A stretch of DNA of 64,000 nucleotides from a virus (taxonomy: Duplodnaviria; Caudoviricetes): IMG/VR virus record IMGVR_UViG_3300022602_003472, positions 23 through 64,022 of that record, one strand, 5' to 3'. The notes below the pieces were generated by a model. That model searched no databases, had not been told where the DNA came from, and saw only the letters and a list, made by a program, of their open reading frames with translations. Of this stretch, positions 38,601 through 47,319 are shown in pieces; the stretch's first letter is position 1; every line of letters begins with the position of its first letter. The translations under genes and the position numbers were made by a program.

Positions 38601-39753
38601 CTGGTATGCTATCGCCAATGCTGATGGTGCACTGGTTGCCTACTGTGAAAGTTGGATTTGCAACAGTACCTGTGATAACACGCGGCACAGCCTCGCGCCA
38701 TCCCCAACCAGGATAGCTGGCATCAACACTGCCTACCTTGAACCACCAAGCAGCAGTAGTACCGTCCAAAGTGGTCTGTTCAATCTTCTGCCATATGCCA
38801 TTCTTCTTTAGTCCGTCATATGGATTAGTGCTGTATGCGTCAACAATATATTGACCGACACTGCCAAACGTATACGCTGGGAGGATGACATTATTAGGTT
38901 CTGGGGTAGTAAATCCAAGATCTGTTAGAATGTTGCTGTTGCTGTAAAGCAGATCAATCATAGTGGTTATATCACTGCCAACAATGCGCAGATAATACAT
39001 GTCATCAACAGCTGCTACTGTTACATCTGGCTTGCCTGTGCGTGCGTAAATGTAAGCTTTGATTCCTGCCTGTGTAATAGTGGTATTGCTGTTAATGGTG
39101 CTAGCTACGGTGCTGAGACTCATGCCAGTTGTCAATGCTATGGTGGTACCGTTTATCACTAGGTTAGCATTCAGTGTTATAACCGAACTGCTGGCATTGG
39201 TAGTTATAAAACCACTCTGTACCATGATTTCTAAATCTGTTGAACTAGTCAAAACCACAGGCGAATGTGCTGACCAAGCATTGGCACTGTTTACATTACC
39301 GTTGCTGGAAAAGATTCCCCAAGTTGACAGCGCAGAGTTCAACCAAAATTGGCCGGTAGTTGGAGTTCCAGAAGGTTCAGTGGTGCTTGGGACAAGCTGT
39401 CCAAGATCAATATCAGCACGCAACACATATGCGGTATTTGCTATACCAAGATATTGATATGCTGTGAACAATCCAAGCTCGTTTAGTTGGTTACCATAGT
39501 CCGGTGTACCTGCTATGCTATAAAAAGTCGGTGTACCAAACGTCTGCAGCAGGTCTCGTTGGCTGCTGATGAGGTACAGTTTGTCAGCGTTCGCTGCCAA
39601 CGTACCTGGTGCGTAAGTGGTTGTGCTACCCGGCGCTAACTTGTTAGCTGCGGTTGCGATCATTATCAGTGGTATTGTTCCGGTGCCAGCGCTGGCATAG
39701 ACACTTTCATCTGTGACTGTTACGCTTACGCCTGGTGATACTAAGGTGGCCAT
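35686..39753 (-). CDS. gp18: Tail sheath protein (gp18-like) with very large internal insertion
   Basis: N-terminal LVSPGVSVTVTDES; C-terminal PWFAPAGFNRG, NSINPI, FGQKT, DRVNVARL, FLFEPND, EFIYIPIR; 1355 aa. Confidence 0.95.
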   Translation of the reverse strand: MATLVSPGVSVTVTDESVYASAGTGTIPLIMIATAANKLAPGSTTTYAPGTLAANADKLYLISSQRDLLQTFGTPTFYSIAGTPDYGNQLNELGLFTAYQYLGIANTAYVLRADIDLGQLVPSTTEPSGTPTTGQFWLNSALSTWGIFSSNGNVNSANAWSAHSPVVLTSSTDLEIMVQSGFITTNASSSVITLNANLVINGTTIALTTGMSLSTVASTINSNTTITQAGIKAYIYARTGKPDVTVAAVDDMYYLRIVGSDITTMIDLLYSNSNILTDLGFTTPEPNNVILPAYTFGSVGQYIVDAYSTNPYDGLKKNGIWQKIEQTTLDGTTAAWWFKVGSVDASYPGWGWREAVPRVITGTVANPTFTVGNQCTISIGDSIPVTITLSGTTLTSFVSDINAVLDANSFNAYASTATSGSSHYLVITNYDGTDTAFADITTESDLTHPWQNAGMPVTQTYYGAVTGTVANPTFVAATTYVASATTVTPGAGYVPGDTLNVVGGTHSIAAVLSVASVKAISATPAAGGSGYNLGDTLTFSGVNYTSPLVLTVSNVSGGTITGVTITSAGQRTGSVPTNPVTPTSTSGGGINATFTLGWGVNTVTIGNQGAYTVNPTNPVSVTSGSGSNATFNVTMGFLTSNTFSIDPGTGNPVTINVPAAPNNTLAGVVSAINTAFPAGPIVASAATGNYLTITNTNNTQFTVKDISGTPLNSAGIQNGYVFGRQLVYQGYYPSLTVPSSLPQTAATNVWINTTSQDRGANLVVSKYNGSLWIQENISPNTGTVPMYSSDSVANAAFGALRAIGTVYARYNNDGDTPPEANTVLYYWDGSSWQPLTYTASATAPVGPPANGTLWYNTYLQVDIMVGNGQIWQGYKNAYPATDPNGPIIDGSMPTTQSNGNPLVTNDIWVDSSVTPYPVLYRYDASSSSFSLIDNTNHTSPSGIIFTDARWNNDGYVDGSQAPSAMVVSNYVDSDAPNAELYPAGMLLFNTRYSTYNVKQYYKNYFPTLSAPYDPDCWVTASGNRPDGTPYMGSSAQRVMITNALNASIVSNQEIRGEAVYYNLMATPGYIECLANMVELNTDRQDTFFVLADPPGELTADTTSLANWATNANNAAEDGPDGLITHSSYAAVYYPWALETNLDGQNVFVPPSVMALTTYAYNDQVAYPWFAPAGFNRGLVNGALSVGYLKADGTYQPVTLNQGQRDVLYINSINPISFIPNRGLVIFGQKTLDPISTELDRVNVARLVNYLSRNLNTLAQPFLFEPNDQQTRQAVTAAFNSFMGNLVGLRAIYDYSVVCDTSNNTAARISAHELWIDVAIQPEIAIEFIYIPIRVLSLTQPLPGGSQSTGSTQTAI

Positions 39754-39896
39754 CTGTGAACCTCTCCATTGGGGATGTGTGCTGATCTATTTATCAGCAC
39801 CCTGATAAAAATATCGGTTTTACGCATGGTCAACCACGGCACACCAGCTTGATCAACTGGCCAATCTGCCTTAATATCAACACAGAGGAGATCTAG

Positions 39897-40484
39897 ATGA
39901 TAATTGGAATCTGCGGATTGATCGGCAGCGGCAAGGGAACCGTGGCAGACATGCTGGAGCAAGAGCATGGATTTGTCAAGGTTAGTTTTGCTGACAGCCT
40001 CAAGGACGCAGTGGCAGCAGTGTTTAGTTGGCCGAGGCACCTGCTAGAAGGTGATACTACAGATAGCAGAACCTGGCGAGAAGAACTGGACCCATGGTGG
40101 GCCAAACGATTGGGCATACCTCATCTCACACCTCGTTGGGTTCTACAATACTGGGGCACCGAAGTACTACGCCGCGGATTCCATGACGATATCTGGGTGG
40201 CCAGCATCGAAAACAAGCTCAGAGACACTTCGCGCAATTATGTGATACCGGACACACGCTTTCCCAACGAAATCGATATGATCATCCACAACGGTGGTAA
40301 AGTATGGCATGTGCGACGAGGCGAAGATCCAGAATGGTTTCAAAAGTATCAGAGCCATAGAATTATACCAGAAGGCATTCATGCCAGCGAATGGTCATGG
40401 GCACTAAACACATTTGATCATACTATCAACAACGACGGCAGTCTAGCACAGCTACAGCAAACTGTTCAACGATTGATAAGCTGA
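39897..40484 (+). CDS. Deoxynucleoside monophosphate kinase (T4 gp1-like)
   Basis: IIGICGLIGSGKGT, SFADSLKD, TPRWVLQYWGTE, IPDTRFPNE. Confidence 0.92.
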   Translation: MIIGICGLIGSGKGTVADMLEQEHGFVKVSFADSLKDAVAAVFSWPRHLLEGDTTDSRTWREELDPWWAKRLGIPHLTPRWVLQYWGTEVLRRGFHDDIWVASIENKLRDTSRNYVIPDTRFPNEIDMIIHNGGKVWHVRRGEDPEWFQKYQSHRIIPEGIHASEWSWALNTFDHTINNDGSLAQLQQTVQRLIS

Positions 40485-40511
40485 TTAAATAGATCACACA
40501 GGAAGAATAAC

Positions 40512-41099
40512 ATGGTTGAAACCAGTCCAATAATGTTATGCGATGCTGGCGAGAGCCAGACTAATGCGCTAGCAGCTGAACTGGCAAGAGCTGCTGGTCA
40601 CAGGAATAATACACTAACCTATCCTGGTTCAGAAGGATCGCACAACGGTTTTGATTCATTTGAGCTTGACATAGAGCATCTCAAAGAAGCCAACCGTTAT
40701 CTCATGCGAGCAAACAAGAGCATGCATCGTTCGTGGCCAAGGAGACAGTTAAACACAGATAATGCGCTGAGACGCGACAGCTGGATAGCCAGATGGTCAC
40801 ATCAGATTTACATGTTTGGTTTGTTCACCCAAGATGCTAGCTTGCTCAAGATCAACACAGACATGGCCTGGGCTGCTCAGATGTACGTGGATCGCTTTCT
40901 CTACGATCAAGAACCCTGGGATCTCTGTGAGTTGTATCTGTTTGACATGAAGAGCGAAAGCTGGTGGCAGTGGAAACAGCAGTGGCAACGAATTGAAGCT
41001 GTTCCGGCTCCTACCGGTGTGTATACTGTGATGGGTCAAGACAAGATTACCAACAGCGGCAAAGCTGCGCTAAGAGATCTTTTCTCAGTTAGCCAATGA
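40512..41099 (+). CDS. Hypothetical protein
   Basis: 195 aa ORF with AGGA SD and TAAATA upstream. Confidence 0.65.
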   Translation: MVETSPIMLCDAGESQTNALAAELARAAGHRNNTLTYPGSEGSHNGFDSFELDIEHLKEANRYLMRANKSMHRSWPRRQLNTDNALRRDSWIARWSHQIYMFGLFTQDASLLKINTDMAWAAQMYVDRFLYDQEPWDLCELYLFDMKSESWWQWKQQWQRIEAVPAPTGVYTVMGQDKITNSGKAALRDLFSVSQ

Positions 41100-41877
41100 T
41101 CACGCCAAGCGGCATAGCATTGTCGATATAAAGATCAATGTCCTTCTCAAGACGTTCAATGGTCGCCTTGCTCTCATCCATCAACTGCTGACCTTTTAGA
41201 GTTGTACCACCTTGCGGTCCGGCTAGAGTATTGTACTTGCTATAGGCCTCTCCAAGCATGCGCTGGCACCAAGCTAATGTGTAATCTCTGATCCAAGGGC
41301 GAGCAAATGGATCTTTGATAATCACATCGTTGGCACGATACATGTAAGCCCAAATAAGTATCTGCTCATTGCCACTGGGCCTACGCACTATGCTCAGTCG
41401 TTTCGTGACTGTATCAAAGGTATAGTTGATGTCACGACCAAACATTCGTCCAGCTTGATCGAGATATTCATAAAACAGTTCATAGGTCAGCAATCCGGCA
41501 CTGTAGCCGCCACCTGCGCCTGCCTGCAGCAGATATAGATTGGTATATGCCAAGCTGAATGGATCTATCTGTGTGCCGCCTGTTATGCCACCAAGTCCTC
41601 TGCGAAATAGCTGACGAACTGACACCACGTTATCAGGCAGATAGTAATCAGTGATGTCATTCTGTAACAGCAGGAACAGATAGCTTTCCTCATCAGCATT
41701 ACCGCTACGCTGCCTGTATCTGTCAAAGGCCAATGTTAAAGCAGTGTTATAATGACCCGGATCTAATTCAATATCAACCATGCCCCCACCAAGCATGAAC
41801 TGAACTTCGTCAATAATTTGCTGTTGTAAAGGCGAAGTCTGTGTAGCGGGCGGTACTTGCACTGTTGAGGTAGCCAT
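41089..41877 (-). CDS. gp13: Neck protein (gp13-like)
   Basis: LGGGMVDIELD...WIRDYTLA...LGEAYSKY...GGTTLKG. Confidence 0.85.
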   Translation of the reverse strand: MATSTVQVPPATQTSPLQQQIIDEVQFMLGGGMVDIELDPGHYNTALTLAFDRYRQRSGNADEESYLFLLLQNDITDYYLPDNVVSVRQLFRRGLGGITGGTQIDPFSLAYTNLYLLQAGAGGGYSAGLLTYELFYEYLDQAGRMFGRDINYTFDTVTKRLSIVRRPSGNEQILIWAYMYRANDVIIKDPFARPWIRDYTLAWCQRMLGEAYSKYNTLAGPQGGTTLKGQQLMDESKATIERLEKDIDLYIDNAMPLGVIIG

Positions 41878-41913
41878 GTTTCATTGATCTCCAATGATAT
41901 TTATGGCGATGTG

Positions 41914-42372
41914 TCAGTCAGCTTTCATGATCTTCATGACATTGCGGCAGTATCTGCTGGGTTTCTTGCGCAATGTCTTGCCAAGCCCTTGATTATACAA
42001 TGTCAATGCGCTGCATTGATCATCGTGCGCTTCATCTAAAGCCATGCGCATGTATTTCATGCTGTATTCAAGATTCACTTCTGGTTGCAGCAATGCAGCG
42101 CATTTGCCGTCAAATCCAATGCCTCGTGCCGTGCCACACTTGATCTGACCCAGACCATAGTTGCCTTGACTCAAAGCTTTTGCATCCCAGTTACTCTCTA
42201 ACGTCACAACAGCGATTGCCAGGGTGCTTGGCACGTTATGTTCATGGGCCTTGTCAGCTGTAAGCTGAACCAGAGGAGCGTTGCTGTAATTCGCACCCCC
42301 GGCACTCACTGTCTCACAGCCTGCGCATGCTAAACAGAGAGCTACGACCATAGCCATCTTTGTCATTGGCAT
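41914..42372 (-). CDS. Lytic transglycosylase (SLT domain), possibly exported or lipid-anchored
   Basis: AVVTLESNWD (catalytic Glu), YGLGQI, NLEYSMKY, ALTLYNQG; hydrophobic N-terminus with LACAGC. Confidence 0.85.
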   Translation of the reverse strand: MPMTKMAMVVALCLACAGCETVSAGGANYSNAPLVQLTADKAHEHNVPSTLAIAVVTLESNWDAKALSQGNYGLGQIKCGTARGIGFDGKCAALLQPEVNLEYSMKYMRMALDEAHDDQCSALTLYNQGLGKTLRKKPSRYCRNVMKIMKAD

Positions 42373-42406
42373 CTATATTTAGCTTCCCAGCAACGCTGTT
42401 GTCAAC

Positions 42407-43456
42407 TTACTTGAACACTTTGATTACCAACGTGTCCTTGTTGAGCCGTCCGTTCACCGGATGCTTCTTGCCTTTGATGTAATCTCCCATGACCACATCC
42501 ACTCGCTTGCTGGTGGCCGCATCACGCAAGGTCCCTAAGATCTGCTTGGGGTTGCGCAGCGTCTTGGCAAAGCTGGCAGACTCGTCATAGCCTGTGACCT
42601 TGGTGCCTTTGATACCAAGTCCCGACTCGCCTGCCACGTACAAGTATACCTTGCGGCTCTTGCTGTTGTAAACCAGCGCCTTGCTGCTGCCTGGGATCAT
42701 AGCAGGGTTGATGCTGGCCATGTCAGTGTTGAGATCCACAGTCTTGAACTTGGCCTTGCTGGCCTGCTTCACGCTCTTGCGGCTAGCACCGCGGCTGTCT
42801 GCCACTGCCTTGGCATTACCTGTGCTGGTTGCCAGCACGTTGACCACTGTGACAATAGGTTCGATGGTCTCAGCTACTAGCTCGTTGTCTTTGTCGCGCA
42901 GAGCATCAGCAAAGCTTTCTTTGAAGTGATCATACAGCTTTTTCAGCATCTGCTGGTTAGGGTGTGCGCGATCCAAGAACTTCTTGGTGGCTTCTTCGAT
43001 GTCAGCAGGGTTGCTCATGTGCTTGCGCCAGATAGCTTCCATGTTGCTGTACAGCGTGACATATTCCATGTTGCGCTTCTGTACCGTGCTCAGCTTGCGC
43101 TGAGGTTCATCATCTTCAGTGGCTGCTACCTTGATCTGCAGTAGCTCGTCAACCTTAGCATCAAACCATGCTTGGATGTCTTCTGGCATCACAGCACCGT
43201 GCTGTACCACGAAAGCGATGCGGCCTACCATAGCGTAATGATGAGTAGGAAGCGCAGCCCAATGTGCTTGCTCATCTAGATCGCGGTTCAGCTTGGCCCA
43301 TGCTTGGAAGTATTGCTTGAGAGTGGCATAATCCATCTCCACGCGGGCCCAGTCCATGGCTTCGCGCCATGCTTTAGCATGATTGTCGTTCTCAGGGCCC
43401 GCAGCACTGAAATCTACGCCCTTGATCTTGCGGGGAATAACAGCAATCTGTTCCAT
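42407..43456 (-). CDS. Hypothetical protein (probable early gene)
   Basis: ~350 aa ORF; GGAGGG SD before ATG 43456; sigma70 promoter upstream. Confidence 0.75.
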   Translation of the reverse strand: MEQIAVIPRKIKGVDFSAAGPENDNHAKAWREAMDWARVEMDYATLKQYFQAWAKLNRDLDEQAHWAALPTHHYAMVGRIAFVVQHGAVMPEDIQAWFDAKVDELLQIKVAATEDDEPQRKLSTVQKRNMEYVTLYSNMEAIWRKHMSNPADIEEATKKFLDRAHPNQQMLKKLYDHFKESFADALRDKDNELVAETIEPIVTVVNVLATSTGNAKAVADSRGASRKSVKQASKAKFKTVDLNTDMASINPAMIPGSSKALVYNSKSRKVYLYVAGESGLGIKGTKVTGYDESASFAKTLRNPKQILGTLRDAATSKRVDVVMGDYIKGKKHPVNGRLNKDTLVIKVFK

Positions 43457-43479
43457 ATCTCGTCCCTCCAACATAGCTT

Positions 43480-43507
43480 ATAGTAGCACAGTTTACGGCA
43501 CTGTCAA
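43480..43507 (-). promoter_or_regulatory. Sigma70-like early promoter
   Basis: TTGACA-N16 (ending TGC)-TACTAT, same architecture as 4519..4546. Confidence 0.7.
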
Positions 43508-43608
43508 CTGTTTTTTCACGGTTTTTGCGATATTTTTCCTGTAAAATCAATGGTGTAATCCACTGATCTCGCTGAATAAATACCTGCGCATATGTTTAGG
43601 AGCCAAAA

Positions 43609-44748
43609 GTGCCACCATTAACCCTGTGGAAGGGCGCAGCCGTAAGGACCAACGATTACAAGCTGTTTGATCGCTTGATCAGCGAAGAATACAGGATTGG
43701 CGGAACTGAGTTCCTAGTCCACAAATACCTAGGTCCTAAACCCAGCAATGCCACAGGCGATTTCACTCAACCAAACACTGGATTAGATGCTATCAACAGC
43801 GGAATGAGCAATGTGCTAGAGATATCTGATGTGCTCAACATGGAGATCAGGGATCGCGCCTATGATCAAGACGTGCTATCGCTCAAAGGACACTATGCCA
43901 TCAGCGACACCGAGTTTGACCTGCGTCAGTTTGGATTGTTCCTCAGCAACGAAACCATATTCATAACATTCCACCTCAACGACATGGTCAACAGCATTGG
44001 CCGCACGCTGATGAGCGGTGATGTCATAGAGATCAGCCATCGCCGAGATGATCTAGCCCTTGGAGATTTCGTGCTTCCAAAATACTATGTTGTTCAGGAA
44101 GGAGCTCGCCCAGCAGAAGGTTACAGCCCCACATGGTGGCCTCACATATGGCGAGTCAAGTGTGATCCGATCACAGACAGCCAGGAATATCGAGACATAC
44201 TGCAGAAGCCAGCCACAGACCTCAACGGCGATCCCATACCAAATCCAAACGGCACTGGCACGCTGACCATGGCAGACATGCTCAGTGTCTACAACAGGGA
44301 AATTGCAATCAACGATCAGATTGTGGCGCAGGCAACCGCAGAAGTTCCATTCCGCAATCTGCAAGGACAGCAGTTCTATGTGTTGGAAGGTCAGCTAAAT
44401 CAACCTGTGAGCATATTGAGCACCAACGGTATCCCACCAAACCAGAGCAATCCAGTGCTCACAGCTGTCAGCTTCCCGCCAGGAGCCCCCGCAGGTACCT
44501 GGGTACTCAGAGCAGACTACAGTCCACCTCAGCTGTTCCAGCGTGTTCAACTAGCTAACAACACCGGTGCTGTGTGGACAAGGCATGAGATTGACTACAG
44601 GACTAGCTGGACGCCTAGCACAGCCGCTCTAGCTAGCTTCATAAATAACGGCAACACCACTAGCATATTGAATACCGGCACGGTCATTCCTGTTCAACAG
44701 GATCTACGCACTGTGCTCAGAGCCAAACTGGATCCAGACATCATATAG
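43609..44748 (+). CDS. gp14: Neck/head-closure protein (gp14-like)
   Basis: VHKYLGP...RDRAYD...FDLRQFGLFL...FITFHLNDM...GDVIE; near gp13 and gp15; late promoter upstream. Confidence 0.7.
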   Translation: MPPLTLWKGAAVRTNDYKLFDRLISEEYRIGGTEFLVHKYLGPKPSNATGDFTQPNTGLDAINSGMSNVLEISDVLNMEIRDRAYDQDVLSLKGHYAISDTEFDLRQFGLFLSNETIFITFHLNDMVNSIGRTLMSGDVIEISHRRDDLALGDFVLPKYYVVQEGARPAEGYSPTWWPHIWRVKCDPITDSQEYRDILQKPATDLNGDPIPNPNGTGTLTMADMLSVYNREIAINDQIVAQATAEVPFRNLQGQQFYVLEGQLNQPVSILSTNGIPPNQSNPVLTAVSFPPGAPAGTWVLRADYSPPQLFQRVQLANNTGAVWTRHEIDYRTSWTPSTAALASFINNGNTTSILNTGTVIPVQQDLRTVLRAKLDPDII

Positions 44749-44757
44749 GAGCAATAG

Positions 44758-45372
44758 ATGGTATCCGTGAGTCAATTACAGCAGATATTCCCACAAGGCG
44801 ATGCCAGCGATCTCGCAGAAATTTGCGAACCGTTGAATGCTGCCATGGCAGAGTTTAACATCAGCGGTGCACAAGAACAGGCCATGTTTCTAGCACAATG
44901 CGGACATGAAAGCGGTAACTTCAGCACCGTGCAAGAGAATCTCAATTACAAAGCAGAAACTTTAGTCAAGGTATTTCCAAAGTATTTCAGAGACGTTAAC
45001 CCAGCAGATTACGAGAAGCAACCAGAGAAGATTGCCAACCGTGTCTATGGCGGACGCATGGGCAACGGTGACGAGAGCACAGGCGACGGATATCGCTATC
45101 GTGGTCGTGGCTTGATACAGCTAACAGGCAAGGACAACTACAATTCCTGTGCTGCAGCACTCAAATTTGATCTTAATGCTGACCCTGATTATCTAGAAAC
45201 AGCCGAAGGCGCTGCTCGCAGTGCTGCTTGGTTCTGGGCACATAACGGATTAAACAAGTTCGCAGACGCTGACGACATCGTGGGTTGTACAAAACGTGTG
45301 AACGGTGGGACCATTGGCCTAGAAGAACGTACACAGCATTATAACGCCGCAAAGGCCGTGCTAGTCGGCTGA
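44758..45372 (+). CDS. Glycoside hydrolase family 19 endolysin/chitinase-like lysozyme
   Basis: FLAQCGHES, ENLNY, DGYRYRGRGLIQLTGKDNY, SAAWFW, TKRVNGG. Confidence 0.93.
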   Translation: MVSVSQLQQIFPQGDASDLAEICEPLNAAMAEFNISGAQEQAMFLAQCGHESGNFSTVQENLNYKAETLVKVFPKYFRDVNPADYEKQPEKIANRVYGGRMGNGDESTGDGYRYRGRGLIQLTGKDNYNSCAAALKFDLNADPDYLETAEGAARSAAWFWAHNGLNKFADADDIVGCTKRVNGGTIGLEERTQHYNAAKAVLVG

Positions 45373-45576
45373 TTTAGCTCGTATGCGCTGTTGAACGTCC
45401 ACGACTTTCTCAGTCTCTATTAAATCTATGATCTGATTTGTCACGCTTATCTCGTGTCGAATCAGATCCAGTCTTACCATGAGTTTCTTCAGTTCTTTGT
45501 GATAGAATTCAAGTTCATCTTCTTTGCGCTTGCGTATCTCATAGATGTCATCAAGCAGTATCAGTTTGGCAGTCAT
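45361..45576 (-). CDS. Small coiled-coil hypothetical protein
   Basis: 71 aa; GAGGT SD and TAAATA upstream. Confidence 0.65.
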   Translation of the reverse strand: MTAKLILLDDIYEIRKRKEDELEFYHKELKKLMVRLDLIRHEISVTNQIIDLIETEKVVDVQQRIRAKSAD

Positions 45577-45608
45577 GCTAGATACCTCTGAGATATTTAT
45601 AAACCACC

Positions 45609-45616
45609 TATAAATA
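45609..45616 (+). promoter_or_regulatory. T4-type late promoter TATAAATA (representative of ~20 TAAATA sites)
   Basis: Exact T4 late consensus here, at 47308 (+) and at 63670-63677 (-). The core TAAATA also occurs at 3379, 7863, 8945, 12646, 15746, 16426, 35611, 39788, 41898, 45594, 54646, 59373, 60500 and 61849 (all -), and at 24744, 40486 and 43577 (+), in each case just upstream of a gene on the same strand. Confidence 0.8.
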
Positions 45617-45635
45617 TCACCAGCAAGGAAACAAC

Positions 45636-47312
45636 ATGGATTATTGGTACTCAGGACAGCTGCGCAACTATCGACTGCAGTTCATACGAGCGTTCAGCAA
45701 TTTTTATTACAGCGTTGGTACCAATCCGGATGGTTCTCCGCAGCTGGTTCGATGCCCCTGCCGATACGGAGACCCAACCAGAATAGCTGCTACTGTGGTC
45801 AGAGGTAACAGTGAGAACAAGCTGTTAACCACCCCTTTCATCACCTGTTGGATCAGCGGACTCAGTACTGCACCAAATCGCAGGCAAGGTCCTCAGGTAA
45901 TTGACAGCATGCAGGTTGATACGAGACAGTATGATCCAAATACCGGGCAGTATCTCAACACTCCGGGCAACCAATACAGTGTTGCTAGATACATGCCGGT
46001 TCCTTATGAGCTCAGCATGAGCGTGGACATATGGACTCCCAACGAAAGCGTGAAAGAACAGCTCGTTGAACAGATAATGGTGTTGTATAATCCTTCCATT
46101 GAGATACAAACCAGCAACAATCCCATAGACTGGACTGTTCTCAGCTGGATTGAGATGCAGGATCAGATCACATGGAGCAGCCGTACCATTCCCATAGGGA
46201 CTGATAACCCTATTGACGTACTGACCATGGTATTCCGCTTTCCCATATGGATAAGCCCACCAGCACAGGTCACGCAACAGAATCTCATACAGAGCATCGT
46301 TACCAACATCATACACGGTATCAAAGAAACTCCGGATCAAGTAGAGTGGTCAGAATACGAGTTCCTCACGCGAGCCACTACCACACCAGGTGATTACAGC
46401 GTCAATCTCACATGGATTGGCAATAACCAGTACACCATGAGCCTAGCAAGCTCGGCTGGTAATAGTATCGAATTGCAGAACAAGGCAACAGTTACCTACT
46501 CACAAGTAAACCCCGTGCTTACTCCGGGTTTGACATTTAGCTTCAACGGTATACTGATACCAATCACTACCTCTAACATAGCTACGTTTGTTGACAACGC
46601 AGCAGCACTTATGGTTAATACCAGCTATAACATACAGCTACAGAACTACAATCAGATCATGTTCATTAACAACACAGCCGGAGACAATGTGTTTGAGAAC
46701 GTGATAGGCACACCACTGGCAGGCATGGGACTGCTACCTACTGTATATCCAGGCGGTCAGATCGCGTGGTGGCGATTGTTCTTACCGTTTGGTACGTTGA
46801 ATCCATATAACACATACGGAACCAATGCCAGCCAGATCACAGTGTGGACTACCATACCAAATCAAGATCCAACAACCACCTATCAGGCAGCAGGATGGAT
46901 TGATCTCCATCCAACTGATCAAAATCTTCTGATATGGACAGTTGAACCTGATAGCATACCTTCTACAACATTGTCTCCAATAACTGCTGTGATAGATCCG
47001 CAATCAAAAGGACCTGGTTTTGGTCTACCTCTGGCAGCTGTTAGTCAAAGCTATCTCATAACCAACGCACCAAGCGAGAACAGTGCAGGTTGGGGCGATA
47101 TCTTTGCGCAAGTTAACGACATCATTGCGTTCAATGGAACTGTGTGGGAAGTGATTTGGTCAGCTGCTAATCATTCATTTGCTAATCAGCAAGGCACCTT
47201 AGATTACGTGCAGAACATGTTCACCGGCAAGCTCCTAGAATGGAACGGAGAGCAATGGAGCGAATATATCCTGCCTAGGTATGCACCTGGTTACTGGCGC
47301 TTGGCCCTATAA
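45636..47312 (+). CDS. gp15: Tail sheath stabilizer/terminator (gp15-like) with C-terminal extension
   Basis: MDYWYSGQLRNYRLQF...MPVPYEL...QLVEQIMVLYNP...PIWISPP; TATAAATA upstream. Confidence 0.8.
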   Translation: MDYWYSGQLRNYRLQFIRAFSNFYYSVGTNPDGSPQLVRCPCRYGDPTRIAATVVRGNSENKLLTTPFITCWISGLSTAPNRRQGPQVIDSMQVDTRQYDPNTGQYLNTPGNQYSVARYMPVPYELSMSVDIWTPNESVKEQLVEQIMVLYNPSIEIQTSNNPIDWTVLSWIEMQDQITWSSRTIPIGTDNPIDVLTMVFRFPIWISPPAQVTQQNLIQSIVTNIIHGIKETPDQVEWSEYEFLTRATTTPGDYSVNLTWIGNNQYTMSLASSAGNSIELQNKATVTYSQVNPVLTPGLTFSFNGILIPITTSNIATFVDNAAALMVNTSYNIQLQNYNQIMFINNTAGDNVFENVIGTPLAGMGLLPTVYPGGQIAWWRLFLPFGTLNPYNTYGTNASQITVWTTIPNQDPTTTYQAAGWIDLHPTDQNLLIWTVEPDSIPSTTLSPITAVIDPQSKGPGFGLPLAAVSQSYLITNAPSENSAGWGDIFAQVNDIIAFNGTVWEVIWSAANHSFANQQGTLDYVQNMFTGKLLEWNGEQWSEYILPRYAPGYWRLAL

Positions 47313-47319
47313 ATATTCC

